Source: an uncultured virus (IMG/VR IMGVR_UViG_3300047355_000120)
Taxonomy: Duplodnaviria > Heunggongvirae > Uroviricota > Caudoviricetes
IMG/VR virus record: IMGVR_UViG_3300047355_000120
Length of the DNA stretch: 20,000 nucleotides
Reading direction: 5' to 3' (one strand)
Shown: one piece after another, positions 9,207-17,782 of the stretch
Numbering within the stretch: the first letter of the stretch is position 1
Layout of the letters: every line of letters starts with the position of its first letter
The notes under the pieces: generated by a model
Seen by the model: only the letters and a program-made list of their open reading frames with translations
What the model was told of the DNA's origin: nothing
Databases searched by the model: none
Translations under genes and position numbers: made by a program

Positions 9207-11033
9207 CTATATATTAGCAGATGTAAATAATTTATATACAAGTTTTAATTTTAAATTAGTAAATCCACTTGGTAGAGTACCACCACTTACTCTATGTAAA
9301 GTTGTTCCAGCACCAGGCAAATAAGGTCTTACAACAGCATTACCTGTAACCGCGGGCCTATAAAGCATACCGTTTCCACTGTTATTATTGGTCATATAAT
9401 TCCATTGAGTTGAATTAACTCGTGTTACAGTTTGAACACCTGGTATTTGGTTAGATTGCCTCGCTTCTAGTTGAAGACCACTATTACTAGTGACTGTTCC
9501 TGTTGTCATCCAATAACTTTCTTGTATTACTACATATGTTGCGCCAGGTCCTGTTGTTCCACCTCCAGGAGCTGCTATTAAAGTATATCCACTACCTCCA
9601 AAACCAGCATTAAGTTGAGCTGCAGTAAAAGTCCATGTTTGTTCTAAAACAGCAGGTGTTAATCCACCACCTGCAACTTGCCAACTTGGAGAAGCATTCC
9701 CATTTGATGTTAATACTTCCCCTGCAGCTCCGTAAGCTGTAGCGGATGTTCCTAAAGCTATAGCGCCTGTGCTTGTTATAGTCATACGAGTGCTACTATT
9801 AGTTTCACTTCTAAATATATGGTTTGACGCACTATAATAATTATTGTTATCAACATAAGGAAACCAGTTATCAGCCGTTCCATTAGAAAGAACATTTCCT
9901 CCACTCGCGCCAGCATTAACTTCAATACCACTAGCGTTAGAATTTACATTTGCACCCACAACTAACTTAGCACCCGGGTTGGTATTATCGATCCCAACGT
10001 TGCCAGTATCTTTAATAAACATTAAACTTGAACCATTTCCATCTTTAAATTGAAAGCTTCTACTTGATTGGTTATTGTCTGAATCTATGGTTATAGCTCC
10101 TGATTCTCTAAAATTAATTTCAGCAAAACCTCCTATTAAAAAATTTATTGCAGATCCATATAATCCAATGTTACCATTATTTTCTACATGAGCTTTTTCA
10201 TTACCTGCCTCGTTATAAACAACAAAATTTTTAGCGGTTGTTGCACCTAAATATCCTTCAATTGTATTAGCTATTTTTAGTTCAATTAATGCTGAGCCAG
10301 GAGCATTTCTATTAAGACTTAATATAGTTCCAGATCCTGAAAAAATTGCTGTTGTTCCTGTAACACTTCCTGCAAAAGTTGCGTTTTGTGTACCGCCAAT
10401 AGTTAATGCTAATGTTGGTGTGCTTCCTGTTTTTATTCTAAAATCTCCTGCTGTACTAATTTCTGCGCCAGTTACATTGTTTTCTGGTGTCATAAATGAA
10501 TTAGCAGAATATTGTAATTTTTTTCCAGCGGCTAAATTTATATCTCCTGCAAAAGTTGCGTTTTGTGATGAGTCTAAAGTTAAAGCTGCTAATCCACTAG
10601 CGCCTGTTGCAATAACCAAAGCATTGCTTTCTGTACCATATATAATCCCTAAGTCTCCTTGATTTACATTTGACCAAGTAATAGCGGGTCTAGATGCTCC
10701 AGAACCTTTAACTACTAACCCTGTATAATTAGAAACACCATCAATAAGTACAGTTCCTGCAAAAGTTGCATTTCCTGAAGTGTCTATAACTAATCTACCA
10801 GAAGCAGCATCTACATCATAAAAATTTAATGAACCATTTACAGCTGAATATATAGAAAATGTTTTACCTTGTGCAGCTGAGTTATCTAAAGTTATAGAAG
10901 CACAGTTTCCATTTGTTATAGATATTCCACTTTCAGTACCTGATATATTATTTATAGGGGCTAAACTACCTATTTTAAGAAAATCTCCATCCGTGAATAG
11001 GAATTTATTATTTATATTTGATAAGTTTGCCAT
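9207..11033 (-). CDS. Tail fibre / receptor-binding protein (608 aa), modular, without S74
   Basis: MANLSNINNKF start; three NATFAG repeats; GNVGID; GEVLTSNGNASPSW hinge; beta-rich C-terminal domain. Confidence 0.85.
   Translation of the reverse strand: MANLSNINNKFLFTDGDFLKIGSLAPINNISGTESGISITNGNCASITLDNSAAQGKTFSIYSAVNGSLNFYDVDAASGRLVIDTSGNATFAGTVLIDGVSNYTGLVVKGSGASRPAITWSNVNQGDLGIIYGTESNALVIATGASGLAALTLDSSQNATFAGDINLAAGKKLQYSANSFMTPENNVTGAEISTAGDFRIKTGSTPTLALTIGGTQNATFAGSVTGTTAIFSGSGTILSLNRNAPGSALIELKIANTIEGYLGATTAKNFVVYNEAGNEKAHVENNGNIGLYGSAINFLIGGFAEINFRESGAITIDSDNNQSSRSFQFKDGNGSSLMFIKDTGNVGIDNTNPGAKLVVGANVNSNASGIEVNAGASGGNVLSNGTADNWFPYVDNNNYYSASNHIFRSETNSSTRMTITSTGAIALGTSATAYGAAGEVLTSNGNASPSWQVAGGGLTPAVLEQTWTFTAAQLNAGFGGSGYTLIAAPGGGTTGPGATYVVIQESYWMTTGTVTSNSGLQLEARQSNQIPGVQTVTRVNSTQWNYMTNNNSGNGMLYRPAVTGNAVVRPYLPGAGTTLHRVSGGTLPSGFTNLKLKLVYKLFTSANI
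10368..10770. repeat. Three dispersed NATFAG-encoding DNA boxes (10368-10390, 10545-10567, 10755-10770)
   Basis: TCCTGCAAAAGTTGCGTTTTGTG is identical (23 nt) in the first two; the third shares TCCTGCAAAAGTTGC. A partial copy is at 13441-13453. Confidence 0.85.
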
Positions 11034-11043
11034 TATTTGTTTT

Positions 11044-12987
11044 CTAAGCTTGATATGAAATTATTTTACAGTTCCATCCGTGTGCATTACTATGCCACCC
11101 TGTAAATGTAATCGTTATGTTATTTGTTCCACCATTTGTTGATACAGATATTGCTCCACTACCAACAACAGCTGTTTGAACAAACCCAACAATACCATTT
11201 CCTATGTTAGTGTTACTTCCATTATCCCTCCAGTATATAAACCCATTGTTAACTTTACTTTGCCAACCTGTAACTTGTATTTCACATTGACCACCTTGAG
11301 GATTGTTTCCAAAAAGTGTAACAGGATTAAAAGTATAAGTTCCATTAGCTCCTTGATAACCAATATTTAAAACTCTAGGTGTGTTTAAAATAGTTTGTAA
11401 AGTGTTATCTCTTTGAAATTGTTTATCACAAATAGAATATCCGTTAACATCTAAAGGTTGTGTAGGCGCTCCAGTTGCAATACCTACTTTAATATCACCC
11501 GCGCCTGTATTTTGAAAATTAACTTCTCTACTAGCTCCACTAGACCACCCAATATTTCCTGTAGTTCCGTCTGAAGATATATCAAACACGCTAGAACCAT
11601 AAACATACATTTGTAGTCTAGGTGTTCCACCAGCAACTGTTTCTATTAACACTTGTCCATTTGTAGGGTTAAGTACTGCAGAGTCTGTTCCAAAATGAAC
11701 ACCTCCATTAACGTGTAAAGTTGCGTTAGGCAAATTCGTCCCGATTCCGACGTTGCCACTATTACTCATATACATTACATTAGTGTTGAGACCACCTGCA
11801 TTATTACCTGTATCAAACTGAAGACCACCGTTATCTAATCCTTGTATTCTTGCTAAAGTTCCACCAGGATTTGTAAAACTTATTAATGAATCTAATCCAT
11901 CTGTTGAATTATGCAGCTTTATCATATCTTCAGCCGTATTCTGAATTACTAGTTTATAACCTGTAGGCGAATCCGTTCCGATCCCGACGTTACCTACCTT
12001 ATCTATACGCATTTGCTCAGTTGAAGCAGAACCACCTGTTTGTGTCCAAAAAGTTAATGCAGAACCACCATTACCATTAGATTCTTGATGTACAGAGTTA
12101 ATTCTTGTTTCAACTAATTGACTTGCTGAACCACTCCAGTACCTACCACTCATTCTAATTGAGTTTTGTATTTCATTACTGTCTACTAAACTTGCGTCAT
12201 AATTTCTCATTATAAGCGTGGTTTCACCAGATTGTCTTCCAGATCCTACATTTAATATACCATCAATATTTACATTTGCTCTGTTGTTATTAGCATTAAG
12301 CCCGTTGGTATTCATAAAATGAAAAGTAGTGTCTACATTACCACCACCAGGTGTTGTTAGTGGCATAAACGTTACCGTAGGTGCTCCACTATTATAACCA
12401 CCGTAAGTCATTCTCACTTGATCATAAGCAGAACTATCACCAGCATTACTTAATCTAAAACCTAAAGTTGTGCCACCAGCCACTTCAAGCTTACCATCAG
12501 GCGAATTCGTTCCGATTCCTACGTTGCCTGAGGTGTCGATTAAAAATGGAGTAATTGTAGTTGCGCCCACTCTATTTATACGAAATGTACCATTTGTTCG
12601 AGAATACATACCCCATCCTTTATCATCATTACCATCACCTTGAACTAAAAATAAGCCGGTGTCAGCATAATTCCCTTGCTTTATTGTCAATATAGCACTA
12701 CCTAACACACTCTCTATACCTATCATTACGTTTCCAACAGTATCTATACGCATTTTTTCTGTGGGAGTTTGATTACCGGTTTTAAAATGCAAGGGATAAT
12801 TAACAACATCTAGACTTGTAGTATTAGGACTAATAGTCATTTTTCTTCCAGATGAACCTATAAAATCTGAATCTCCAGTTACTTGAAGTAAAGCAGAACC
12901 TGTTACACTCGTCGCTGTTGCCCCAATTAATACATTGCCTCCAGTTGTTACTAGGAATTTATTATTTATATTAGATAAATTAGCCAT
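11044..12987 (-). CDS. Tail fibre / receptor-binding protein (647 aa) built of GNVGIGT-delimited modules
   Basis: MANLSNINNKF start; GNVLIG, GNVMIG and three GNVGIGT motifs; beta-rich C-terminal domain. Confidence 0.85.
   Translation of the reverse strand: MANLSNINNKFLVTTGGNVLIGATATSVTGSALLQVTGDSDFIGSSGRKMTISPNTTSLDVVNYPLHFKTGNQTPTEKMRIDTVGNVMIGIESVLGSAILTIKQGNYADTGLFLVQGDGNDDKGWGMYSRTNGTFRINRVGATTITPFLIDTSGNVGIGTNSPDGKLEVAGGTTLGFRLSNAGDSSAYDQVRMTYGGYNSGAPTVTFMPLTTPGGGNVDTTFHFMNTNGLNANNNRANVNIDGILNVGSGRQSGETTLIMRNYDASLVDSNEIQNSIRMSGRYWSGSASQLVETRINSVHQESNGNGGSALTFWTQTGGSASTEQMRIDKVGNVGIGTDSPTGYKLVIQNTAEDMIKLHNSTDGLDSLISFTNPGGTLARIQGLDNGGLQFDTGNNAGGLNTNVMYMSNSGNVGIGTNLPNATLHVNGGVHFGTDSAVLNPTNGQVLIETVAGGTPRLQMYVYGSSVFDISSDGTTGNIGWSSGASREVNFQNTGAGDIKVGIATGAPTQPLDVNGYSICDKQFQRDNTLQTILNTPRVLNIGYQGANGTYTFNPVTLFGNNPQGGQCEIQVTGWQSKVNNGFIYWRDNGSNTNIGNGIVGFVQTAVVGSGAISVSTNGGTNNITITFTGWHSNAHGWNCKIISYQA
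11728..12528 (-). repeat. Three 30-bp CpG-rich GNVGIGT boxes (11728-11757, 11965-11994, 12499-12528)
   Basis: Consensus GGY AAC GTM GGR ATC GGR ACG RAT TYG CCT, pairwise 25-27/30 identical. A 16-nt partial copy is at 9989-10004. Confidence 0.85.
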
Positions 12988-12995
12988 ATATTATT

Positions 12996-15900
12996 TTAAT
13001 TCATTACAACAGTTGCATCGTTTTGTCCAAATCCTAAATCAAGTGTAATACCTATTTTTTGAGTGTTAGTATAAACTGGAGTTATTGTACATTTTATAGA
13101 AAGATCAGTTGTATCTTGAGCAAAAACAACATTAAAATCACTTGTATCAAAATCTGGACCAGTATCTAATATTTTATTGTATAAAGGACTTGCACCATAA
13201 GATTTAACTACTGTATACTTTTTTGCAACAGCACAAGCTGTAGACGTGTCACTAGTTAGCATTACATCAAAAATCATAACACCTGTTGTTGCTCTACTTA
13301 TTGTAAAAGCAACTCCTGCTACACCAGCATTTCCAGTTGTATATAGTTTAGTAAAAGTACCACCTTTACCTGTTCCACCCCCACCACCACCGTGGATTAT
13401 ATGACCATCAACAGTTAAGTTACCGTCAACAGTTAAATTACCTGCAAAAGTTGAAGATGATGCTCCAACTGTTAATTGGGCAACTCCACCTGCAGGTTGC
13501 ACTACAAAATTATTTCCTACTGCTCCTATTTCAACATTTCCACTATTATCAGCTAACTGTATAACACCTGTTCCATCTGTGCTAGTAAAACTTGCAACAA
13601 CATTAGTAGTTCCTGAATTAAAAACACCTGCAGTTCCTGAGTTAGTTGCAGTAACAGATCCTGTTACACTAATACCTGTACTTGTAGTGACAAATTTAAC
13701 ACCAGGAGTTGTTGTTCCTCTGTAAGATATTGATACGCCTTGACCACCGTGACTAAGCATAGAGCCACCGCTACCACTTTTTGATAAAGTTAATATATCA
13801 GAAGTTATTTTTAAATTACCAGATGTTGGACCTTCTATAAAACTATCTCCCGAACCTGTTGAATATATTTGAAGACTAGTTCCAGAAAGTTTTATTTTAC
13901 TAGAATCTGTAAGTGTTATATCATCGTTTGCACTTACAGCAATATCAGTACCACCAGTTACATTGTTAACAGCTAAAACTTCTGCTAAGTTTTGATCAAG
14001 AACACCACTTACTTGGCTTACGTTTATCTGCTTAATAGTATTGTCATCAGCATCACTAACCCATAGTTTATCTGTAGCAGCTACTGTTATACCAGTACCA
14101 TCATCCGCAGCTTCAATAGCATTATTATTTCCTACATAATTTATAGCTGTAGTTATAGTACCTGACGCTTCTGTGTTTATTATACCTGTACCACTTGCAA
14201 ATGTAGCCGTACCTGTTGTAGTTATATTAGTTGTATTTGTTCCATCAGATAAAGTCCAGTATTGATAATTATCTAAAGTTGGGAAAGTAATTAAATTACC
14301 TAAACCATTTACATACTTAGTAGCACCACTAGCTCCACCAGCCCATGTTAAAGCTATAGCTGGAGTGGTTGTAGGGTTTGTAACCGTAACATCAAGTGCA
14401 TCACCAGTTGTAGTTGCTGAAACACTTGTAACTGTACCAACTTCAAGAGCTGTCCATGTATTTGCATTACCTGAAGCTCCACCAGAAGTTAAAGCGTATC
14501 CAGCTGTACCGTATTCTGTACCATCTGTTGCTGTACCTAAAGCTAAACCTGTTTTTAATCTAGCTGTTTGTTCAAAAGTACCTGGACCTTTAAAAGTTGT
14601 TGTGTCTGTATTAGCATCACCAAGTGTTGTATTACCTTCAACTATTAAGTTTGCAGAATTACCTATTGTAACTGTTTTTGTTGCAGCAGTATCTTGACTT
14701 ATAACACCTGTGCCTATAGTATTAGTTCCACTCCACATTGTGTATTGGTTAGGAGAACCAGATCCTAACACTTCGTTTGATTGATCTAGCTTTTGCCAAG
14801 CATCGGTGCCAGCACCATTACTTACATATATTGCCCAGTCACCAACTAACCAATCTGTAATACCATCTAAATCTTGACTACCAGCAGGATCAACAATCCA
14901 AAATTGACCGTTTACAGGAGTAGCTGATGGAGGAGTTCCTGCTCCACCTTCACCTACTGTTCTAGCATCCCATGTTCCTTCAAAAGCAAGACTACCAGCT
15001 ATACCTGTAATCTGACCTTGTAGTTTTGCCATTGCAGCAAGTATCGTATCAGATGCAGCGATTGCAGCAGACGTTGGAGTTGGTAAGTTTGTAAGAACTT
15101 TACCAGTTACTGTAGTATCAGCTATTGTTGTAGCTAATGGCATATCACCACCTTGTGTGTAGTTATAAGGACCACCTGTTAAACTAACATCTCCACTCAT
15201 AGTTATAGTTCCAGCACTTGCCAATTGAGCAGCTGTACTTGCGTTACCAATAAAACCTATTGGAGTATTTGTTGCGGTAAAAGTACTAGATGTTATGCTA
15301 ACACCTCCTGTGTAGGTACCAGCTGTACCAGAAAAAGTACCATCTGAAAGAGTTGCAGCTTCTAATTCACCGCCTATAGCTACTTTACCAGTTGCGCCGC
15401 CAGCAAATGTAAATCCTGTAGCACCAGTTATAGTTTGAGCACCATCCCAATATGTAACCTGATTAGCTGCACCACCACCTGAAACAGATGTACCTGCTAT
15501 ACTTATTTTTATTTTTTTGTTTGTATTGTCCCACTCTGTAGCTATATTGCCAACGCCTTCAAAATCTATAGTATTTCCACTAGCAACAGTATAAGGACTA
15601 CCTGTTCCACTGTCAGCTTCTATTAACCATGAATAAGGTGTAGGGTTAGGATCTGTTATCCAATTAGTACCTGTTGCTGTAGAAGATAATATTTGACCTG
15701 CAGTACCTACATCACCGCTTGAATCAGAGTAATAACCTGTATTTAAAATATTAACAAATGTACCTGATCCAGTAGATTCTAAATTACCAGTTACCTTAGC
15801 ACCAGCTGTTAATGTTTCAAATCTTTTAGTTCCATTAAAATAAAGATCAACACCAGCATTTTCAGTAGCTAATATCATTGTTTCAGTAGGTGTAATTTGA

Positions 15901-16637
15901 GCATTTACTCTAAACTGATCTCCTTTAAATACAAAACCACCTGAATTAACTTCACTTATAAAACTTAAATCACCATTTTGTGATTTAGATATTGTTGTTC
16001 CTAAAAAGTTATTATGTTTAAATAATATTTTAGATGTTTCGTCAAGCATAACAATGTCATCATTAGCACTAACATCTATATCTGTTCCACCTGTATCGTT
16101 ACCTGCTACTAAAGTTTCAGCTAAAGTTTCTTTACTAGGTTTTGTTGCTATGTAATCTACAATAGCTTTTGTAGTAGCTAATTTAAGATCATCGCCGGGT
16201 GCTACTATAGACGTTACTATTGAAGTTATAGTTGGAGTTGCATTACCTACTTTTAAATTTAATAAAGTACCTAAGCTAGTTATATTAGTTTGAGCAGCTG
16301 TTTGAAGCGTACCTGTTATTCTTGTCGATGTTAAGTCTGTAAATCCTGTACCGACTTGACCTTCTATACTTACAAGAACATTTGCTGGGTTTTGATTATC
16401 TTGTGTTTTAAACCCTGCTCCTTTAAATACGTTATTAGTTAAATCAATATCTCTACCTACAGCTTTAAAACCTAAATCTAATACTGTTTGTAAATCACCT
16501 GTCGCTACAGTAACAAGATCAATAATACTTTGTACTGTAAAGTTTTTTGTAGGCTTACCCTTAACACTTACATCAGTACCTAATATAAGGTCTGTTTTTG
16601 TAGGCTCTACCGTAGGATATGAATATATTATTGCCAT
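12996..16637 (-). CDS. Large tail fibre / fibre scaffold protein (1213 aa)
   Basis: MAIIYSYP start shared with the 1519-aa fibre; G/T/A/S-rich; duplicated LAExLxxxNxTGGTDIxVSANDDI module; no S74. Confidence 0.85.
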   Translation of the reverse strand: MAIIYSYPTVEPTKTDLILGTDVSVKGKPTKNFTVQSIIDLVTVATGDLQTVLDLGFKAVGRDIDLTNNVFKGAGFKTQDNQNPANVLVSIEGQVGTGFTDLTSTRITGTLQTAAQTNITSLGTLLNLKVGNATPTITSIVTSIVAPGDDLKLATTKAIVDYIATKPSKETLAETLVAGNDTGGTDIDVSANDDIVMLDETSKILFKHNNFLGTTISKSQNGDLSFISEVNSGGFVFKGDQFRVNAQITPTETMILATENAGVDLYFNGTKRFETLTAGAKVTGNLESTGSGTFVNILNTGYYSDSSGDVGTAGQILSSTATGTNWITDPNPTPYSWLIEADSGTGSPYTVASGNTIDFEGVGNIATEWDNTNKKIKISIAGTSVSGGGAANQVTYWDGAQTITGATGFTFAGGATGKVAIGGELEAATLSDGTFSGTAGTYTGGVSITSSTFTATNTPIGFIGNASTAAQLASAGTITMSGDVSLTGGPYNYTQGGDMPLATTIADTTVTGKVLTNLPTPTSAAIAASDTILAAMAKLQGQITGIAGSLAFEGTWDARTVGEGGAGTPPSATPVNGQFWIVDPAGSQDLDGITDWLVGDWAIYVSNGAGTDAWQKLDQSNEVLGSGSPNQYTMWSGTNTIGTGVISQDTAATKTVTIGNSANLIVEGNTTLGDANTDTTTFKGPGTFEQTARLKTGLALGTATDGTEYGTAGYALTSGGASGNANTWTALEVGTVTSVSATTTGDALDVTVTNPTTTPAIALTWAGGASGATKYVNGLGNLITFPTLDNYQYWTLSDGTNTTNITTTGTATFASGTGIINTEASGTITTAINYVGNNNAIEAADDGTGITVAATDKLWVSDADDNTIKQINVSQVSGVLDQNLAEVLAVNNVTGGTDIAVSANDDITLTDSSKIKLSGTSLQIYSTGSGDSFIEGPTSGNLKITSDILTLSKSGSGGSMLSHGGQGVSISYRGTTTPGVKFVTTSTGISVTGSVTATNSGTAGVFNSGTTNVVASFTSTDGTGVIQLADNSGNVEIGAVGNNFVVQPAGGVAQLTVGASSSTFAGNLTVDGNLTVDGHIIHGGGGGGTGKGGTFTKLYTTGNAGVAGVAFTISRATTGVMIFDVMLTSDTSTACAVAKKYTVVKSYGASPLYNKILDTGPDFDTSDFNVVFAQDTTDLSIKCTITPVYTNTQKIGITLDLGFGQNDATVVMN

Positions 16638-16638
16638 G

Positions 16639-17262
16639 TTATTGTAATTTTGTTATGATTAATTGTGCAGGTGGTATGTCTATTCCCCAAGCAGCATCAG
16701 TAACTTGACCTGCTAGTGTACCAGCACCACCTGATGTTGGGTTTTGCATCCATAAGTAGTATTCTTCTATAGTGGATACTTGTATATATGTATTTATTTC
16801 TATACGATGTCTCTCCAAGGTGTTCTGCGATCTAAATCTTTCAGTTGATGTTGGTCCAACTTGAGCACCATTTACATCTACCATCTTAAAATTCAATATA
16901 GCAACAGTACCAACAGTTGCTTGGCCGTAATAAATTTGCTGTATGCTGTATGCACCTTTGATATTAAATGTTATTTTACCATCAGCACCTAACATGACTG
17001 CATCACCAGTAGAACCTTGTGCTGCGCCAAAAGTAATTATAGCTCCAGTGTTGTTATATCCTGGGTCAAACGTTGTTGTTGGGTAAAACGCTGATAATTT
17101 TTGTAAATACTGCTGATCTACTAGCGATTTTATCGATGTGAGTGTATATTGTACTGTAGGGTTGCCCTGTACTGGGTCTCCAGCTGAGTCTACAGTGTTT
17201 GATCCTATAATTTGATCTTGTAATTGTGGACTAGCTATAGGATATGAGGAGATTATTGCCAT
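16639..17262 (-). CDS. Virion structural protein (207 aa), MAIISSYP N-terminus with a possible C1q/BclA-like jelly-roll C-terminus
   Basis: N-terminus paralogous to the two large fibres; DGKITFNIKGAYSI resembles the C1q-like G-x-x-T-x-x-x-x-G-x-Y motif. First gene of the minus-strand operon. Confidence 0.7.
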   Translation of the reverse strand: MAIISSYPIASPQLQDQIIGSNTVDSAGDPVQGNPTVQYTLTSIKSLVDQQYLQKLSAFYPTTTFDPGYNNTGAIITFGAAQGSTGDAVMLGADGKITFNIKGAYSIQQIYYGQATVGTVAILNFKMVDVNGAQVGPTSTERFRSQNTLERHRIEINTYIQVSTIEEYYLWMQNPTSGGAGTLAGQVTDAAWGIDIPPAQLIITKLQ

Positions 17263-17324
17263 TTTTCTTTTTTTTTATTGCATTATGGAAAGCAGACTTT
17301 TGGTGAAGCGTGCTTGATTAGTAA

Positions 17325-17350
17325 TATCACACATTTTTAGCGAGGTTTAC
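17325..17350 (-). promoter_or_regulatory. Candidate late promoter GTAA-N16-GTGATA, copy 2
   Basis: Minus strand GTAA ACCTCGCTAAAAATGT GTGATA, about 60 nt upstream of the fibre operon. Confidence 0.5.
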
Positions 17351-17379
17351 TCTTATATATATAGGCATATTTTAAAAGT

Positions 17380-17424
17380 GTGACACTAGCCTGTTACTCT
17401 ATAGCTATAATAGGCTTATGTCAC
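17380..17424. repeat. Imperfect inverted repeat in the divergence region
   Basis: GTGACA-CT-AGCCT-GTTA ... TAAT-AGGCT-TA-TGTCAC. Confidence 0.75.
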
Positions 17425-17540
17425 TATAAAAGTATTGATTATATAGAATTATGGTGTTACCCCTATCCTCCTGACTATCAACGCATTACGGAAAATGAAT
17501 TTAGTTTGACGGGCCTCCCCCTGCTTTTTCAGATTATTCC

Positions 17541-17589
17541 TATATGTTTCACGTTTTGCATAGATTATATATATATGTTCACGTTTTGC
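17541..17589. repeat. Direct repeat TATATGTT(T)CACGTTTTGC x2
   Basis: Copies at 17541-17559 and 17572-17589 differ by one T. Confidence 0.8.
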
Positions 17590-17614
17590 CCAGAATAAAC
17601 TAACTAATACAATA

Positions 17615-17646
17615 TACATACTAAATACGATGTCACTTGGATAATA
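17615..17646 (+). promoter_or_regulatory. Bipartite early-type motif, copy 1
   Basis: TACATACTAAATACGA-TGTCACT-TGGATAATA. Confidence 0.75.
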
Positions 17647-17750
17647 TATATGTAACAAGTAATTAAAATAATAATAATTAATATTACAATAAGTGACAGT
17701 GTGGTATACATACAAACAAATATAATACAATAAACAATATTACACTAACA

Positions 17751-17782
17751 TACAAACTAAATACGACATGCAATGGATAATA
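17751..17782 (+). promoter_or_regulatory. Bipartite early-type motif, copy 2
   Basis: TACAAACTAAATACGA-CATGCAA-TGGATAATA, upstream of 17829. Confidence 0.8.

Noticed and set aside
687..14697. Plus-strand ORFs 687-872, 2972-3157, 3338-3625, 4637-4825, 6461-6742, 8105-8500, 10420-10662, 11176-11370 and 14365-14697
   Set aside because: All are antisense shadows of long, well-supported minus-strand genes. Their V/P/A/L-rich composition is what the reverse of G/T/A/S codons gives.
862..16637. Diversity-generating retroelement or invertible shufflon acting on the fibres
   Set aside because: No reverse transcriptase or invertase, no ~100-bp template/variable pair differing at adenines seen by eye, and all boxes are in direct orientation within intact reading frames.
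17263..17280. T-run as a plus-strand terminator or phase-variable tract
   Set aside because: It follows no plus-strand gene or strong hairpin. On the minus strand it is simply the A-rich leader immediately before the 17262 start codon.
17380..17730. ORFs 17380-17598 (+) and 17449-17730 (-)
   Set aside because: They overlap palindromes, direct repeats and promoter-like motifs. The Y/I/C-rich low-complexity translations are typical of non-coding AT-rich DNA.
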